Positions 1 through 8,754 of a stretch of 32,000 nucleotides of DNA are shown here, one piece after another (position 1 is the first letter of the stretch; the number at the start of each line of letters is the position of its first letter). Both the position numbers and the translations under genes were made by a program. The stretch spans positions 2,760,001 through 2,792,000 of the forward strand of contig CP091279.1 in NCBI GenBank assembly GCA_021650915.1. The letters run 5' to 3'. Below the pieces are notes generated by a model, which saw only the letters and a list, made by a program, of their open reading frames with translations, was not told the DNA's origin and searched no databases. The stretch comes from Candidatus Brocadia sp. (GTDB lineage: Bacteria; Planctomycetota; Brocadiia; Brocadiales; Brocadiaceae).

Positions 1-781
1 CGGCAACGACTTTGCTGTTTTGTTCTGCCGTCTGGCCGACCTTTTCAGAAACAGCCGCCCTTTTCTCTTTGAGATCACGATGGTTTCGCAACGAAAGTCC
101 GACCTTTAATTTTTTGAGATGTTCCACGTATTCCTGATATTTTCTGGCCTTCGATGCCTGGAGTTTCACTGAACGAAGCTGTTTCTGCAGCTCCTCAATG
201 ATATCGCCAACCCGGAGGAGATTTTGTTCCACGTGTTCAAGCTTGCTCAAGGCTGCCTTTTTGCGTGACTTAAACTTGCTGATGCCGGCAGCCTCTTCAA
301 ACAGCAGCCGCCTTTCACGGGAATCCGCCTGCAACATGGCCTCCACGTTGCCCTGCTCAATAACAGAATAGGCGTTAGCGCCAAAACCGGTGTCCAGAAA
401 AAGCTCCCGGATATCCTTTAGCCTGCTCGCCTGTTTGTTGAGAAGGTATTCCGACTCGCCCGATGTGTACAAACGGCGGGTTATGCAGACCTCGGAGTAT
501 TCGAGCGGCAAGAGCCCCTTATTGTTCTGGATGGTAAGAGACACCTCGGCATATCCGAGCGATGGACGTTTATCCGTGCCATTAAAGATTACATCTGCCA
601 TTTCATTGCCCCGGAGCGATTTTACGCTCTGCTCGCCAAGCACCCACTTGATGGCGTCAATGACGTTGCTCTTCCCGCATCCATTCGGCCCTACAATGAC
701 GGTTATTCCATCCTCGAAAGTGATTTCCGTTTTTTCTGCAAACGATTTAAACCCGAACAATTCCAGTTTTTTCAGTTTCAT
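1..781 (-). CDS. smc: chromosome segregation protein SMC, N-terminal part (3' end runs off the window)
   Basis: Absent from the ORF track because there is no stop in the window. My minus-strand translation from the ATG at 781 gives MKLKKLELFGFKSFAEKTEITFEDGITVIVGPNGCGKSNVIDAIKWVLGEQS..., with Walker A GPNGCGKSN followed by a long coiled-coil-like region. The listed + ORF 390..887 is its antisense shadow. Confidence 0.9.
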   Translation of the reverse strand, partial: MKLKKLELFGFKSFAEKTEITFEDGITVIVGPNGCGKSNVIDAIKWVLGEQSVKSLRGNEMADVIFNGTDKRPSLGYAEVSLTIQNNKGLLPLEYSEVCITRRLYTSGESEYLLNKQASRLKDIRELFLDTGFGANAYSVIEQGNVEAMLQADSRERRLLFEEAAGISKFKSRKKAALSKLEHVEQNLLRVGDIIEELQKQLRSVKLQASKARKYQEYVEHLKKLKVGLSLRNHRDLKEKRAAVSEKVGQTAEQNSKVVA

Positions 782-821
782 GATCGTGATAATGCAACGT
801 AAGAAAAGACTTCCAGGTACT

Positions 822-858
822 AAAAAGGGGTATTTCGTTTGTGCGAAACACCCCTTTC
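822..858 (-). terminator. putative intrinsic terminator closing the nrd operon
   Basis: Minus strand reads GAAAGGGGTGTTTCG-cacaaa-CGAAATACCCCTTTTT. This is a ~14-bp GC-containing stem with one mismatch, a 6-nt loop and a T5 run. Confidence 0.5.
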
Positions 859-1179
859 TCATTATACATACAACGGTTGGTCTCTGAAATGAAAATATAA
901 GAATTTCTTATACATTAACCATGAATATCAAATACCTATGAGATATAAAAAAACTTCACTTATTGCTAAAATAGTAACTTGTCGAAACTAAGAGTATCTT
1001 AAAAGATTTTTAAAATACTGCACAAACAATACGATCTCTCATTTATTTCTTTGTTGGCTTCTTGGTACTTTTCTTTGCAGTTCCTTTTGATGTCTTTGAT
1101 GAACTTCCACACTTCTTCGTCGCCATAAATAATCACCCCCTTTCTTTGACTTAATATGAGACCAAACGGTATAATGAAA

Positions 1180-1926
1180 TTACCAATTTCTCTGCAAAAC
1201 CTTTCCTTCCTCACCCCGCACACAACAGGAGCCAACGTAGGCGCCAGCCCGTGCAGCAAAACCCCTGAGTATTTCTGCGGAATACGGTTCAATCTTCAAC
1301 ATCCCGGCATCCAGGCAATGATTCGGCCGGAAGGCCTGCAGGACATATCGCCCAGCGCCCTGAATGGTTCTGGCGATCTCCTCAATGTCATCCCCATCGA
1401 GCTGTGATGGACAGACGGTCGTGCGAAATTCATACTCGATACCGCTTTCCATAATAATCCGGATACTCTCCCGGATGTCCTTGATATTACAAGGGACGCC
1501 GGAAACCATCTCGTATTTTTCCTGCCGGAGAGGAGCCTTAACATCCATAGCCACACAATCCAGAAGTTTTCTGGCAATGAAGTCCTCTACGATACGAGGA
1601 TTAGTGCCATTGGTGTCCAAACGCACCACCACTCCCGTATTTTTCAATAACGTAAGGAATTCATCAAGATGCTTGTGCGAAGTTGGCTCACCGCCCGTGA
1701 CGACAACACCGTCCACCCATCCAGCATTCTGCCGTATCTTGTCAATTACGGCATCGACCGGAATGGACTCCAGATCATTCGGCGTTTGAACCAAATGGGG
1801 GGCATGACAATACGGACAACGAAGGTTGCATGTGGGCAAAAAGATTATCGAGACAATCTTGCCTTCCCATTCGATAAGACTATTTTCTATGAATCCCTTG
1901 ATTGGTATAATCACGCTACAATACAA
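1180..1926 (-). CDS. nrdG: anaerobic ribonucleoside-triphosphate reductase activating protein (radical SAM)
   Basis: The 248-aa ORF carries the radical-SAM cluster motif CNLRCPYC near the N-terminus and lies directly downstream of nrdD. Confidence 0.9.
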   Translation of the reverse strand: MYCSVIIPIKGFIENSLIEWEGKIVSIIFLPTCNLRCPYCHAPHLVQTPNDLESIPVDAVIDKIRQNAGWVDGVVVTGGEPTSHKHLDEFLTLLKNTGVVVRLDTNGTNPRIVEDFIARKLLDCVAMDVKAPLRQEKYEMVSGVPCNIKDIRESIRIIMESGIEYEFRTTVCPSQLDGDDIEEIARTIQGAGRYVLQAFRPNHCLDAGMLKIEPYSAEILRGFAARAGAYVGSCCVRGEEGKVLQRNW

Positions 1927-1981
1927 TTAAAACGGGATAGGTTAAACGAAGCGTCTATTTCACCTGACCAAACCTACGGCT

Positions 1982-2010
1982 TGTAGAGCGACGAGCCTCG
2001 TCGCTCTACA
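1982..2010. repeat. perfect 14-bp-stem palindrome in the nrdD-nrdG intergenic spacer
   Basis: TGTAGAGCGACGAG-C-CTCGTCGCTCTACA is a perfect inverted repeat. Confidence 0.8.
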
Positions 2011-2056
2011 TTGTGAAGTTGCCGAAGGCACATTAATCCTAAGCGTCTAACCGCTT

Positions 2057-2082
2057 GTTGGGTGCGCCCCGCTTCACCCAAC
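2057..2082. repeat. second GC-rich hairpin in the nrdD-nrdG spacer
   Basis: GTTGGGTG-cgccccgctt-CACCCAAC forms an 8-bp stem with a 10-nt loop. Confidence 0.6.
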
Positions 2083-2184
2083 CTATATAACAAAAATAAG
2101 CGCATGCAACAAGCAGGACAATGGATGGGATTGTAAAAAACCCCTTACATAAATTAAGATATAAAACACTTACTCGTCTGAAAC

Positions 2185-4632
2185 TCAACACTTCGTTGAG
2201 CATGATGCTGCAGATGACGGCATCTCGTTGGGGATGAGGTCGCTCACCGTATAGCTCCCCTTGTGACGGTCTGCCAGCTCACCAATCTTGGATTTATTCC
2301 AGTTATTGATGCGGCTGAAATATCCTACGATCCTCGAAATACCATACACATTTTTGGAACCGCAGTGTGCGCAGATATCCGTAAGCCTTTGGGTAACCTT
2401 CTTGCAATCATTGCAAATGGTGAATTCCGGCGAGATCGTCACCTGTGCAGCCTGGGTATTCTTGAAGGTCTTTTTGACCAGATTCATGATGCTGGAGGCC
2501 GGGGGCCGTTCTTCGCCAACAAATGCATGAATAATAGCGCCAGACTCAATCATCGTATGGAACTTGCTCTGGAGGAATATCCTGGTAATCATATCCACCG
2601 GCGCATCCGGACGCAGATGCACGCTGTTGGTGTAGTAGAATTCATCCTTTTCGATATTCCCCTTGACCATCTCCGCTGCTTCCGGATAATTTCTTATATC
2701 AACCTTTGCGAGCCGCCTGCTGGCGCTTTCCGCCGGAGATTCCTCCAGGGAAAACTTCAGCTTATGCTTCCGTCCCGCCTCTTTCACGCGCATATACATG
2801 TGAGAAATGACCCGCAACCCCTGCTTAATCATATCGTCACCTTCATGCAATTCCCTTCCGGTCATAAATTGCAGGCATTCATTCAATCCCAGGATACCCA
2901 CGATGTAGGTCGAGGTTTCCAGGTCGACATAAGGACGTCCGTCCTTTGCCTTCTTGCCGATCTCCCAGAGCGGCATCTCCGGGCTGGCCATTAATTTTGC
3001 GGCAAACGCCTTTTTCTGGAGATGCGCCTTTACGGCAATCTCGATGCCTTTATCGATCTCTTTGTACAGCGCATCCCAATTGCCTCTGCCTGCCCGGTAG
3101 GATGCCTGCGGCAGGTTGATCGTAATATTCTGAAACCCGCAGAAACGCATACTTTCCGGATGCTTGATCATGTAGTTATCGTCTATCGTCGTGCGCAAAC
3201 GGCAGCAGGCCGAGAGGGTAATTTCATCCCGGTCAAAGATAAAATAGGGGACGCCATTCTCACTGGCAATCTGACAAGCATATTCAAGGATTTCATATTG
3301 TTTCGGATCGGTAAGGGTGTCCTCATTAATATGGAAATCACACTTCGGGAAGGCAAAGACGTGACCGTAGCAATCCCCTTCGCGCCATACGTCCAGCATG
3401 GCCAGAGTAAACTGCCGGGCTGCTTCCTCGTACTCCCCATAGGTCTTCCCGGTGGGTTTTCCGCCGGGCCCGATAGCAGGAATATTCCTTAAATATCGCG
3501 GGATACCGGTATGAACGTTAAAATCCAGGAATAAGGTCTGACCGCCACGGGAAAAAGCGCTCTGGGAACAACTGAAGATCAGGTGCTGCGCCTCCTGTTT
3601 CATTTCCGCATAGCTCATCCCTTCCAGATAAGGGGCATACATGATATTGACATACCCTACACCAAGCGCCCCGGCATAATAGGCCTGCATTGATGCCAGG
3701 AAGGTGTTCAGATGTCCCGTCAGGGTGCGCGCATGCTTTGCCGGAGCGGATTCTGTGTCCAGATTCTGGAGCGACAATCCGTACTTCTTCAAATATTCGA
3801 GGGAGTGGGAAGAGCAATACACCCTTGTCGGATAGCCCAGGTCGTGGATGTGCACCATGCCATTCAGGTGGGCGTCCGCCACATCTCTCGAAAACACCTC
3901 CTGAAGGGCAAACTGCTTTAACGTATTTTCAGCAATCGCAAGATTAATTGCCTCCGGGTTATTGGTGGCAATATTGCTGTTCTCCTTGTTCTTTGACATA
4001 ATCAACTCTTCGAGGTCGTACTTCGGCATACCGATCACGGCCTGCTTTTCGAGTTTCTTGTTGTAGCCTCTCTCAAAAAGCTCGTTATCCACCAGTTCGC
4101 GTATCAATGCGGTGGAAATGCGGTTCAATCCGGAAGAAAATACCCGCTGCTCAACAACACCGGCGATTTCGGACGCAACCCCTTCGGGAAGATCCGCCTC
4201 TTTCTCCAGGGCGTCTGCAATCTTCCTCTTGTCCCAGGGAAAGGTTTCATCTTTTGTTTCGGTATCGACCAAAAGGGACACGTCCGTGGTGTCTGCCCGC
4301 TTCTTCGTCTGTTTTCGCACCCGAAGGGATTCACGAATCCTTGCCCTTTTATCACGATACAAAATGTACGCCTTGGCCGTTTTGGCATGCCCCGTCTCAA
4401 TGAGCACCTTCTCTACAATATCCTGTATCTCCTCAATGCTGGGGTTTTGTCCTGCATATTTTTTTTCCAAAAACATGGCAACAACAACCGCCAGTTCATC
4501 TGCCAGGGCCCGGTCTTCACCACCCACCGCCTGTGCCGCCTTGAAAATAGCGTCAGCGATCTTTTTCTCGTTAAAAGCCACCAATCTACCATCGCGTTTT
4601 ACTACGTATTCCACTGCTGTTGTTGTGCTCAT
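2185..4632 (-). CDS. nrdD: anaerobic (class III) ribonucleoside-triphosphate reductase with N-terminal ATP-cone
   Basis: 815-aa ORF. It has an N-terminal ATP-cone-like segment (VVKRDGRLVAFNEKKI), a C-terminal zinc-site cysteine cluster (CNDC...CAHCGS) and the glycyl-radical motif RIVGYFS. Confidence 0.95.
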   Translation of the reverse strand: MSTTTAVEYVVKRDGRLVAFNEKKIADAIFKAAQAVGGEDRALADELAVVVAMFLEKKYAGQNPSIEEIQDIVEKVLIETGHAKTAKAYILYRDKRARIRESLRVRKQTKKRADTTDVSLLVDTETKDETFPWDKRKIADALEKEADLPEGVASEIAGVVEQRVFSSGLNRISTALIRELVDNELFERGYNKKLEKQAVIGMPKYDLEELIMSKNKENSNIATNNPEAINLAIAENTLKQFALQEVFSRDVADAHLNGMVHIHDLGYPTRVYCSSHSLEYLKKYGLSLQNLDTESAPAKHARTLTGHLNTFLASMQAYYAGALGVGYVNIMYAPYLEGMSYAEMKQEAQHLIFSCSQSAFSRGGQTLFLDFNVHTGIPRYLRNIPAIGPGGKPTGKTYGEYEEAARQFTLAMLDVWREGDCYGHVFAFPKCDFHINEDTLTDPKQYEILEYACQIASENGVPYFIFDRDEITLSACCRLRTTIDDNYMIKHPESMRFCGFQNITINLPQASYRAGRGNWDALYKEIDKGIEIAVKAHLQKKAFAAKLMASPEMPLWEIGKKAKDGRPYVDLETSTYIVGILGLNECLQFMTGRELHEGDDMIKQGLRVISHMYMRVKEAGRKHKLKFSLEESPAESASRRLAKVDIRNYPEAAEMVKGNIEKDEFYYTNSVHLRPDAPVDMITRIFLQSKFHTMIESGAIIHAFVGEERPPASSIMNLVKKTFKNTQAAQVTISPEFTICNDCKKVTQRLTDICAHCGSKNVYGISRIVGYFSRINNWNKSKIGELADRHKGSYTVSDLIPNEMPSSAASCSTKC

Positions 4633-4649
4633 TTCCCTTCCCCTATGGT

Positions 4650-5159
4650 CTAATGTTGAAGAGATATACTTCGGGAGTCATTACCCCCATCTTTTTTCTT
4701 CTTCTTTTCACCCGTCATTAACGGTTTCAGCTCATCAATAAATTCAGAGATATCCTTGAATTCCCGGTATACCGACGCAAAGCGCACATACGCTACGGCA
4801 TCAAGGATCTTCAATTTCTGCATCACCAGCGACCCGACAAAATTCGTTGTCACCTCACGGTCGAACTGATTGTAAATTTCACGTTCAATTTCATTTACAA
4901 TATTTTCCATGGTATCTGTAGAAACCGGCCTCTTTTCACACGCCTTCTCCAGCCCCTTCAGTATCTTCCGGCGATCGAATGACTCCCGTATTCCATCTTT
5001 CTTGACAACACGCAACGGACTCTCTTCAATCCGTTCATACGTCGTGTACCGGCGGCCGCAACCCAAACACTCCCGCCTTCGCTTAATACTCAGACCATCC
5101 ACCGATGTCCTGGAGTTAATAACTTTATCATTGTCTACCTTACAAAATAAACATTGCAT
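4650..5159 (-). CDS. nrdR: transcriptional repressor NrdR (zinc ribbon + ATP-cone)
   Basis: MQCLFCKVDNDKVINSR...RRRECLGCGRRYTTYERIEE is the canonical NrdR N-terminus. The gene ends 17 nt upstream of nrdD. It has a lysine-rich C-terminal tail. Confidence 0.95.
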   Translation of the reverse strand: MQCLFCKVDNDKVINSRTSVDGLSIKRRRECLGCGRRYTTYERIEESPLRVVKKDGIRESFDRRKILKGLEKACEKRPVSTDTMENIVNEIEREIYNQFDREVTTNFVGSLVMQKLKILDAVAYVRFASVYREFKDISEFIDELKPLMTGEKKKKKDGGNDSRSISLQH

Positions 5160-5216
5160 AAAGTTTTAGAGAAAAATGGTTTCGGAACTGAATAATTTGA
5201 ACGCCATTGCTCAAAA

Positions 5217-5266
5217 ATGCTATATATATAACAGGCAAGAGTATATAATATACAATATATATATGT
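5217..5266 (-). promoter_or_regulatory. candidate NrdR boxes / promoter region of nrdR-nrdD-nrdG
   Basis: There are AT-rich near-palindromes tgCTATATATATAac (about 5219..5233), GTATATAATATAC (5241..5253) and ACAATATATATATGT (5252..5266). They resemble the 16-bp NrdR-box palindrome acaCwAtATaTwgtgt. The outer two centres are about 3 helical turns apart. Confidence 0.4.
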
Positions 5267-5402
5267 CAAACAGATTTTTAAAAACGAGGAAAAATCCCCA
5301 CAATTTAATGGTTTTCGGACTAATACTATCAACAACAAGATCAAGCTATTTTAAACAACATTATCTTTTTTTACACACCGCATGATTATCTATTTCTCTC
5401 TG

Positions 5403-5573
5403 TTATATTTCGCATGCCCTTAATTTTTCCCTGAAGTCCTTTTCCCGGTCATTTAGAACCATGACGGCAAACTCGTTGATCTCCGCGAGCCACTTTAATT
5501 TATCCTCCGTGGATAATTTCATATATTCAATGATTTTCTCGTCTTCAAAAGTATACATAAATCCCTTATCCAT
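5403..5573 (-). CDS. small hypothetical protein (56 aa), translationally coupled to the upstream nucleotidyltransferase
   Basis: Below the ORF-track size cut-off. My translation is MDKGFMYTFEDEKIIEYMKLSTEDKLKWLAEINEFAVMVLNDREKDFREKLRACEI. Its ATG at 5573 overlaps the stop of the upstream gene (ATGGATAA, 8-nt overlap). Confidence 0.5.
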   Translation of the reverse strand: MDKGFMYTFEDEKIIEYMKLSTEDKLKWLAEINEFAVMVLNDREKDFREKLRACEI

Positions 5574-6081
5574 TCCCTTCTCCCAGATATTTTCTTACTT
5601 TATTCAGCATTTCAATATCGCTGAGATCCTGAGGTCTTCCGCTCATTTTTTTCATCTTTATTATATCATCTACCGATGCCAGATAAATGTCTACATCCTT
5701 TGCTCTTTTCACAGTTCTGTTAACAAACGACTCTTCAAAATCCAGCGGGTGAACAAGCACAACGCCAACCACCTTGTAATTGTCTTTTTTATGATAAAAA
5801 CTGAATGCCTTAAGATTTTTATTTTTAATCCAGTCCTTCACGCTATCATAATCTGCAAGGTCGTCAGGGTTTGCAGGCAGGCGAGGGACATAGCCCAATT
5901 CCTTAAACAGAGATGTTGTCTTGAGGACATTTTCTTTGTTCATAGCGATAACGATGTCGATGTCGATGTCCTGAGTCACCCGCGGAACACCATAGAGATT
6001 GACGGACAAACCACCCACAACGAGATATTTGACCTTGCTCCTGTACAAGCCTTCCAGTATATCAAAATAATACATATTCAA
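5566..6081 (-). CDS. minimal nucleotidyltransferase-fold protein (Pol-beta superfamily, DUF-type)
   Basis: The motif VVGGLSVNLYGVPRVTQDIDIDIV matches the G[GS]...D.D signature of minimal NTases. The C-terminal SGRPQDLSDIEML motif is typical of this small-NTase group. The likely true start is the ATG at 6075, preceded by GAGGG. Confidence 0.65.
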   Translation of the reverse strand: MNMYYFDILEGLYRSKVKYLVVGGLSVNLYGVPRVTQDIDIDIVIAMNKENVLKTTSLFKELGYVPRLPANPDDLADYDSVKDWIKNKNLKAFSFYHKKDNYKVVGVVLVHPLDFEESFVNRTVKRAKDVDIYLASVDDIIKMKKMSGRPQDLSDIEMLNKVRKYLGEGNG

Positions 6082-6489
6082 CCCTCTGGATCACCTTCAA
6101 AGTCAAATATCTCCCGAAGAGCTGCGCCAGGCAGGGCTTCTGACGACCTCCGGTTGCTTGTCTGTCGTTTGCTGCATTTTTTGCCTTTAACATCTTTTTT
6201 TCAAGCTTATTCAGCAAGCTCAAGTATGCAACGGGAACCCAAATATTTTTTTAGTCAGCAAGTATTTCAAATCGATTATGCCTATAAAATAGACTAAAGG
6301 CTAATACCACTACCTGGCAGTAAAAGTAAGATAATAAATTCTCGAAGGAAACTCCTTTGAAAATCCTTGTGGATGGCATAACGTCAATATTCTATAAATT
6401 TAGGTGTCAGGCTGTAAACCCGCATTGGAAACGCTTGTGCGCTAGTTATGCCATTATGGGTTTGCAAATACCACGCCCCCTTTTTCTCT

Positions 6490-6924
6490 TTATATGTCTT
6501 TGAGAATCTTATTTGATTTTCCACCATTACATTCTGAACATGCTGTAATTAAATTATTGAAAGAATCATCTCCGCCATCAACGTAGAGAACTTTATGATC
6601 CAATGTAAGAGATACCCCAACTGGTAATTCATCTTTATGCCGTTTACAGTAATGGCATCGAAGCCGTCCCTATTATATATTTCAAATCTTAAGATTTTGC
6701 TAATATGAGACCTTTTCCTTTTTTGAATACTTATCCCTTTTTTTATTTGTTGTGGCAATTTGTTGAACGCATATTTTGAAAATTCCGCACATTCACTATA
6801 ATGCTTTGAAATAACTTCCGAGCGTTTTGATTCAACAAAATATGTTGTTTCACCAAAAGCAGATGCTGTCAAAGGCCGGGGTAAATATTCAGGCTCAAAC
6901 AAAGTAACTTCTGGACAAGTATTT
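6490..6924 (-). pseudogene. HNH endonuclease domain segment (frameshifted; C-terminal piece of the disrupted GHKL...HNH gene)
   Basis: Frame A reads ...SKILRFEIYNRDGF. Frame B from about 6660 reads RCHYCKRHKDELPVGVSLTLDHKVLYVDGGDDSFNNLITACSECNGGKSNKILKDI*. One missing C at about 6660 would join them into the classical RDGFRCHYC...DH...N...N HNH motif. Confidence 0.8.
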
Positions 6925-7028
6925 GGTAGAGTAGAAAAAGAGAGACTTGGTTAAAGAAAAAGCCCTCCAAATATGGTAAAAAATAGTTTTGATACAAGAA
7001 ACTAAACCATAAAGAAAAGGAGGGCTAT

Positions 7029-8274
7029 ATGGGAGCAACCCTATGCACAGAGAGTATCACAGTAGAATTTGGTTGTCAAATTCGGGTTGAATTAAAGGAC
7101 GGCAGCCTGGAGTCGATTCTCAAGGCATTTTGCAAGATACTGCCGGAGATATTAAGGGATTTTATTCGGAAGATCGTGGTTGGTTTTGGTGAGAGTGCGA
7201 TGGCGCAATCACGGAAGCCATTTTGCTGCGACGAATGTGGGAATGACAAGGAGTTTATCTGGAAGACGAGGCATGGAAAAGAGACGAAGATACTGACGGT
7301 CTTTCAGTGGTTGAGATTAGAGCAGTTGCAGGTGCAGTGCAAGAGGTGCAGTGCAAGGGGTGTGGTCCTAAGATGTATATAACGCGAAAGCTTCTCGGGA
7401 TGGAGCGGATGAAGCGAATACCACCAGAGACGTATCGGAAGCTTGGTCTGGTAGGGTCGTTAACGACCTACCGGGTAGCGAAGAAGATCGTGTCGATGTT
7501 TGGCTGGACCGTAGACAAGATGACGATAGGGAAATCGGTACAAAAGACGGCAGCAGAGATAGATTTTCAACTCGACGAGAAGGGACTTCCCTGGGAAAAG
7601 CAGACGGGACAGGGGTAGGGATTAAGGGGATAGCCAAACGAGGCAAGGAGCTCAAGGTCTTTGTGCAATATAAGAGAGGTGGAGGGGTGAGAGTGGCAGG
7701 GCTTGACATAGGGAATTACAACGGTAGTTGGGATAAGCTTTTTGGTAAGAGTATTAAGGTGTTCAGGAAGTTTTCCCAGTTTCTTTTGATAACCGATGGC
7801 GACACCTCTATTTTGGATAGTTTGAAAGGTAAGATCAAGGTGCTTGTACAGAGATGTTTGTGGCATATTCCGTATCAGGCAAAGTATGTATTGTGGCAAG
7901 ATGGGGTCAAGAGCAAGGGGAAAGAATGGCTGGAGGTGATGTCGGAGCTTATGGAGGTCTGTGCGATACGGCCATTGGTTGATTGCCAGAAGACCATCGA
8001 GAAAATGATAGAGTCCAAGAGGAAACGATTGGGTGCGGTGATTCAGTATTGTTTGTCGAAGGGATATGCTCATACCGCATCCTATCTTGAGAATGCCAGG
8101 CCTGATATGTTTACGGCGATAGAAAAGAGGCTCAATGGCAGAACGACAAGTAAAGTAGAGCGCGTCATGCGTACGGTTAACCTGCGGGTGAATGTGAGCA
8201 AATGGAGTGTTGCCGGGGCGCTGAACGTTACCAAAATTCGGCTTGCCTATTACTACAACGGCTTTGATGCGTGA
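7029..8274 (+). pseudogene. DDE transposase broken into three frames
   Basis: A good RBS (AAGGAGGG) precedes the ATG at 7029. The N-terminus has zinc-finger cysteines (CCDECG...CKGCG). DDE candidates are ADGTGV, ITDGDTS and SKVERVMRTVN. Frame breaks lie at 7331..7358 (14-bp duplication) and about 7570..7615 (1-nt shift). Confidence 0.8.
7331..7358 (+). repeat. 14-bp tandem duplication that frameshifts the transposase
   Basis: GGTGCAGTGCAAGA|GGTGCAGTGCAAGG. Deleting one copy gives the continuous sequence ...LEQLQVQCKGCGPKMYITRKLLGMER... Confidence 0.85.
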
Positions 8275-8332
8275 CAACTATACATTGGAGGACTTTTCTC
8301 AGGTCTCCACTTGACAACGCTACTAAGTATTT

Positions 8333-8725
8333 TGAACGTAAAAAAGGATTGCAGACGATCCCCATTCGAGTTGTTCAATTTCTATTATCATACTGTCAGG
8401 CTCCCATCTCTGTTTTTGGGATTCTATGAATTCATTAAATGATATTTTATTGTTGCCAATCAAAAAACCTAACACATAACGAGTCCACACAGCACGACAA
8501 CAGTCATATAAGATTGGACATCTTTTAGGCAAGCCTTCTTTTGCTGATATTTCGTAATACTTAGTGTTTGAACGGAAACCCCCCAGAGCCCTGTAAAGTA
8601 AGGAGAAGCTGGTGAAAAATGTTCATGAAAGTCATTGAATTTTTTCGGGTAAAAGGGTAAAATATGGCGAAAATGAAGGGATTCTGGGTATAAAGAGTCC
8701 AAATATTCGATTCATTAACCCACTA
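8333..8725 (-). pseudogene. middle segment of the disrupted GHKL...HNH gene (between the two IS copies)
   Basis: After both IS are removed in silico, the same frame enters at 8725 and leaves at 8333. It is interrupted by two TGA codons (8632..8634, 8623..8625) lying between a T6 run and a C6 run. It contains the track ORFs 8323..8532 and 8469..8702. I recognise no motif in it. Confidence 0.4.
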
Positions 8726-8754
8726 GTGTGTTGACAAATTAATTACAATACATT

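Larger units (their letters stand above)
6925..8324 (+). mobile_element. 1400-bp DDE insertion sequence (ISKra4/ISLre2-like by transposase architecture), degenerate
   Basis: It is flanked by an 8-bp direct repeat AAGTATTT (6917..6924 and 8325..8332). The imperfect terminal inverted repeats are GGTAGAGTAGAAAAAGAGAGAC and, for the right end reverse-complemented, AGTAGCGTTGTCAAGTGGAGAC (14/22 match). It contains a single transposase gene. Confidence 0.8.

Noticed and set aside
390-887. 165-aa + strand ORF
   Set aside because: It lies entirely antisense to the SMC N-terminus, which has an unmistakable Walker A and conserved sequence. It is an antisense shadow ORF.
2263-4741. Multiple 80-243-aa + strand ORFs inside nrdD
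   Set aside because: All are antisense to, or out of frame with, the 815-aa NrdD, which is supported by its ATP-cone and glycyl-radical motif.
5461-6297. 278-aa + strand ORF
   Set aside because: It is antisense to the nucleotidyltransferase and the 56-aa ORF. The translation is low-complexity and rich in I, F and S, as expected for an AT-rich antisense frame.
7567-8277. 236-aa minus-strand ORF inside the IS
   Set aside because: It is antisense to the transposase C-terminal half, which carries the DDE-type motifs. It has no independent support.
8469-8702. 77-aa ORF (MDSLYPE...) as an independent gene
   Set aside because: It starts at a TTG immediately after stops and has no RBS. It sits in a different frame of a segment that is better explained as the decayed middle of the IS-disrupted gene. 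It remains uncertain.
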